Part shown: positions 15,072 to 17,267 of the stretch, one piece after another
Position numbering within the stretch: position 1 is the stretch's first letter
How the letters are laid out: each line of letters opens with the position of its first letter
Virus record (IMG/VR): IMGVR_UViG_2565956714_000008
Span: 1 to 17,267 of that record
Direction: 5' to 3' (one strand)
DNA: 17,267 bases
From: a virus
Taxonomy: Duplodnaviria > Heunggongvirae > Uroviricota > Caudoviricetes
Position numbers and translations under genes: made by a program
Notes under the pieces: model-generated
Seen by the model: only the letters and a program-made list of their open reading frames with translations
The model's database searches: none
Told to the model about the DNA's origin: nothing

Positions 15072-15215
15072 TTACTTCAGCATGATAACTAAAGCTATAC
15101 ATACTAGCACTACGGCTATTGGGCATAGACCTAAATTGCCAAGTGCTGCGATTAAACCTGTAACGGCAATCACACGTGCAGACAGCAGGTCTGAGCCCTT
15201 TCTTAAAGTATCCAT
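15072..15215 (-). CDS. Small hydrophobic protein, 47 aa, with a predicted C-terminal transmembrane helix
   Basis: ATG at 15215 preceded by GGAGG with 5-nt spacer; encodes MDTLRKGSDLLSARVIAVTGLIAALGNLGLCPIAVVLVCIALVIMLK. Below the ORF-track length cut-off. It is antisense to the 100-aa plus-strand ORF 15028-15330, which also has a strong ribosome-binding site, so the call is uncertain. Confidence 0.35.
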   Translation of the reverse strand: MDTLRKGSDLLSARVIAVTGLIAALGNLGLCPIAVVLVCIALVIMLK

Positions 15216-15366
15216 TGATACCTCCGTCAGGGTTTTTGCCGGTCTCTTGGAGAGTTGGGGGCAAAAGTTCAGACCCGTAGCACTTTCTTGTTCGCAGGTG
15301 AACGGCTGCTACGACCCAACTGTTCTGTAGGCATGAGCCAATTCTTACTTGTTAATACTTCTCAGA

Positions 15367-15387
15367 GGTATCCTATAAGTATCCTGG
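15367..15387. promoter_or_regulatory. Putative integrase arm-type sites (second copy of the GGTATCCT repeat block)
   Basis: ggtatcctataagtatcctgg, 43 bp from the tRNA/att core; near-identical to 4843-4863 at the other end of the element. Confidence 0.4.
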
Positions 15388-15429
15388 TAAAGCAAGATAG
15401 TTTGGATACATCTGTAATTCATTGAAATC

Positions 15430-15505
15430 TGGTGGCCCCTGCTGGACTTGAACCAGCGACCAAGCGATTATGAGTCGCCTGCTCTAACCACTGAGCTAAA
15501 GGGCC
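15430..15505 (-). tRNA. ileY: tRNA-Ile2 (anticodon CAU, lysidine-type; anticodon-only tools would call tRNA-Met)
   Basis: Reverse complement of 15430-15505 is a 76-nt tRNA: GGCCCTTTAGCTCAGTGGTTAGAGCAGGCGACTCATAATCGCTTGGTCGCTGGTTCAAGTCCAGCAGGGGCCACCA, with 7-bp acceptor stem (one G-U pair), anticodon loop CUCAUAA and encoded CCA. It matches my memory of E. coli ileX/ileY and differs from elongator and initiator tRNA-Met. ileY chosen from the flanking gene order. Confidence 0.9.
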
Positions 15506-16064
15506 TTGAGTGTGCAATAACAATACTTATAAACCACGCAATAAACATGATGATCATATGATGTAAATAACAGATTTTTATGCGTTCCCATTCACCTTGG
15601 GTCGTGATTACACGCGACATAAAACCCGACACCGCCTCCATTCGCAAAGTCGATACTCGCAGTCAACAAGCAAATGTTAATAATTAGCACTATCTATAGT
15701 TATCATCGATTCAATGATACTTTGTAATGATTTTGTATCTAATAATATAACTTTATTACATTAGCTGAAGAGTTTTCGCATCATTATGATATCTGTTACT
15801 TTTCACTCCATAAAAATAAACTTCGTATAGCAATATATTCTTTCATAGATCTTATTCTGCTAATCATTAGTTTCGTATGAGCGATTTTTGACAGTTGCCT
15901 CTCCAGACCACATCGATAATTAATAAAACAGATTTAAGCATTATCCTTTTCCATATAAATATTGGATAAAAGTAGGACATCTGTTTGCAATTACTTTCAC
16001 AACAATTAAACATTTTTATGTTTCCGTATACATCATATTACTCTACCATTAGAGGAACTTTATT

Positions 16065-17267
16065 ATGTTTTCTATAAAACCAGGACCCAGAAATTTACCT
16101 ATCGACAACCCCACATTGTTATCATGGAACATTACTGACGGGGATCTAAATTCCAAATTAAATACATTAGAATATCTAAACTGTATAACAAATATTATTA
16201 ATTCTTGTGGAGTTTACCCTCAAGGATTAAAAGACAGAGAAATTATATCAACTTTTCACGCAGAAAAAGTTATTAATGATCTGTTAAAAAACGATTATAA
16301 AATTTCCCTTTCTCCAGATACAACTTACCGAGAGTTGAATAAAGCAGCACAGCGTAGCATTACAGCGCCAGACAGGATAGGAGAAAGAAAAACATAGGTT
16401 TATCAACGAGATACAATGATTGAAAGAGGTGATAACAGCGGTGTTTATCAGTATGGTCGTGCTGAACATTTCACCCACATTATATCTGACAAACCTTCCC
16501 CAAAAGATAAATATGTTGCATATGCTATTAACATTCCTGACTATGAGCTGGCAGCCGATGTATATAATATTAACGTGACGTCACCTTCCGGACAGCAAGA
16601 AACATTTAAAATATTAATCAATCCAGAACATCTACGGCAAACACTTGAGCGTAAATCTCTTACTGCTGTTCAGAAATCACAATGTGAAATCATCACCCCC
16701 AAAAAACCTGGCGAAGCGATTCTTCATGCTTTTAATGCCACCTACCAGCAGATCAGAGAAAATATGTCTGAATTTGCACGTTGCCATTATGGGTATATAC
16801 AAATCCCTCCAGTGACAACTTTCCGTGCCGACGGACCAGAAACTCCCGAAGAAGAAAAAGGTTACTGGTTTCACGCTTATCAACCCGAAGATCTTTGTAC
16901 CATCCACAATCCAATGGGAGATTTGCAGGATTTTATCGCATTGGTTAAAGATGCTAAAAAATTTGGTATCGATATCATTCCTGATTATACCTTTAACTTT
17001 ATGGGAATCGGGGGTAGTGGTAAAAATGACCTGGATTATCCCTCTGCTGATATACGAGCGAAGATCAGTAAAGATATAGAAAGTGGTATCCCTGGCTATT
17101 GGCAAGGTCAGGTTTTGATTCCATTTACTATAGATCCAGTAACAAAAGAACGTAAACAAATCCATCCAGAAGATATACATCTCACTGCAAAAGACTTCGA
17201 AGCAAGTAAAGATAATATTTCTAAGGATGAATGGGAAAACCTCCATGCATTAAAAGAAATCGTTTAA
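16065..17267 (+). pseudogene. ygaQ: Alpha-amylase family (GH13-like) gene interrupted by a single in-frame amber codon
   Basis: ORFs 16065-16397 and 16416-17267 are in the same frame, separated only by TAG at 16395-16397 plus six sense codons. The downstream part carries amylase-like motifs (GYIQIPPVTT..., GYWFHAYQPEDLCTIHNPMGDLQDFIALVKDAKKFGIDIIPDYTFNFMG, compare G.TA.Q.SP..., W.RYQP..Y.L.TR.G..DEF..MV..C...GV.IYVD.V.NHM). Symbol from locus memory (ygaQ is next to ileY in K-12 and annotated as a pseudogene); amylase assignment is motif-level only. The gene ends exactly at the window end. Confidence 0.5.

Noticed and set aside
15028-15330. 100-aa plus-strand ORF with GGGAGG ribosome-binding site
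   Set aside because: Not rejected outright: it is antisense to the 47-aa membrane ORF, has low-complexity composition, and its first codons form a stable GC hairpin. I consider the minus-strand ORF more plausible, but either or both could be real.
15430-15505. tRNA-Met call based on the CAT anticodon
   Set aside because: The body sequence matches the E. coli tRNA-Ile2 (lysidine, ileX/ileY) type as I recall it and not elongator or initiator tRNA-Met.

Overview
This window reads as an accessory region of an Escherichia coli-type chromosome around a tRNA-Ile2 (CAU) gene. Left flank (1-4688): the last 393 bp of an IS1 copy that has cut off the 3' part of an autotransporter adhesin gene, a frameshifted serine-recombinase relic, and two AT-rich hypothetical genes. 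Centre (about 4689-15474): a ~10.7-kb integrated element bounded by 45-nt direct repeats of the tRNA 3' end. It encodes a P4-type tyrosine integrase, Xis/AlpA-type HTH proteins, a ribbon-helix-helix protein next to perfect palindromic operators, a primase/SF3-helicase-like replication protein followed by an iteron origin, an SSB, a lambda gpE-like major capsid protein and a gpD-like decoration protein, and a lambda-type cos site whose cosB matches lambda closely while the cosN 12-mer differs. It has no terminase, portal, protease, scaffold, tail or lysis genes. I interpret it as a phage-satellite (PICI-like) element that is packaged by a lambdoid helper terminase but supplies its own capsid shell proteins; whether this particular combination has been described I cannot tell without a database search. 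Right flank: the intact tRNA and a GH13 alpha-amylase-like gene split by one in-frame amber codon. All family assignments are from motif-level recognition and memory of reference sequences (IS1, lambda cos, lambda E and D, E. coli SSB); no searches were run.
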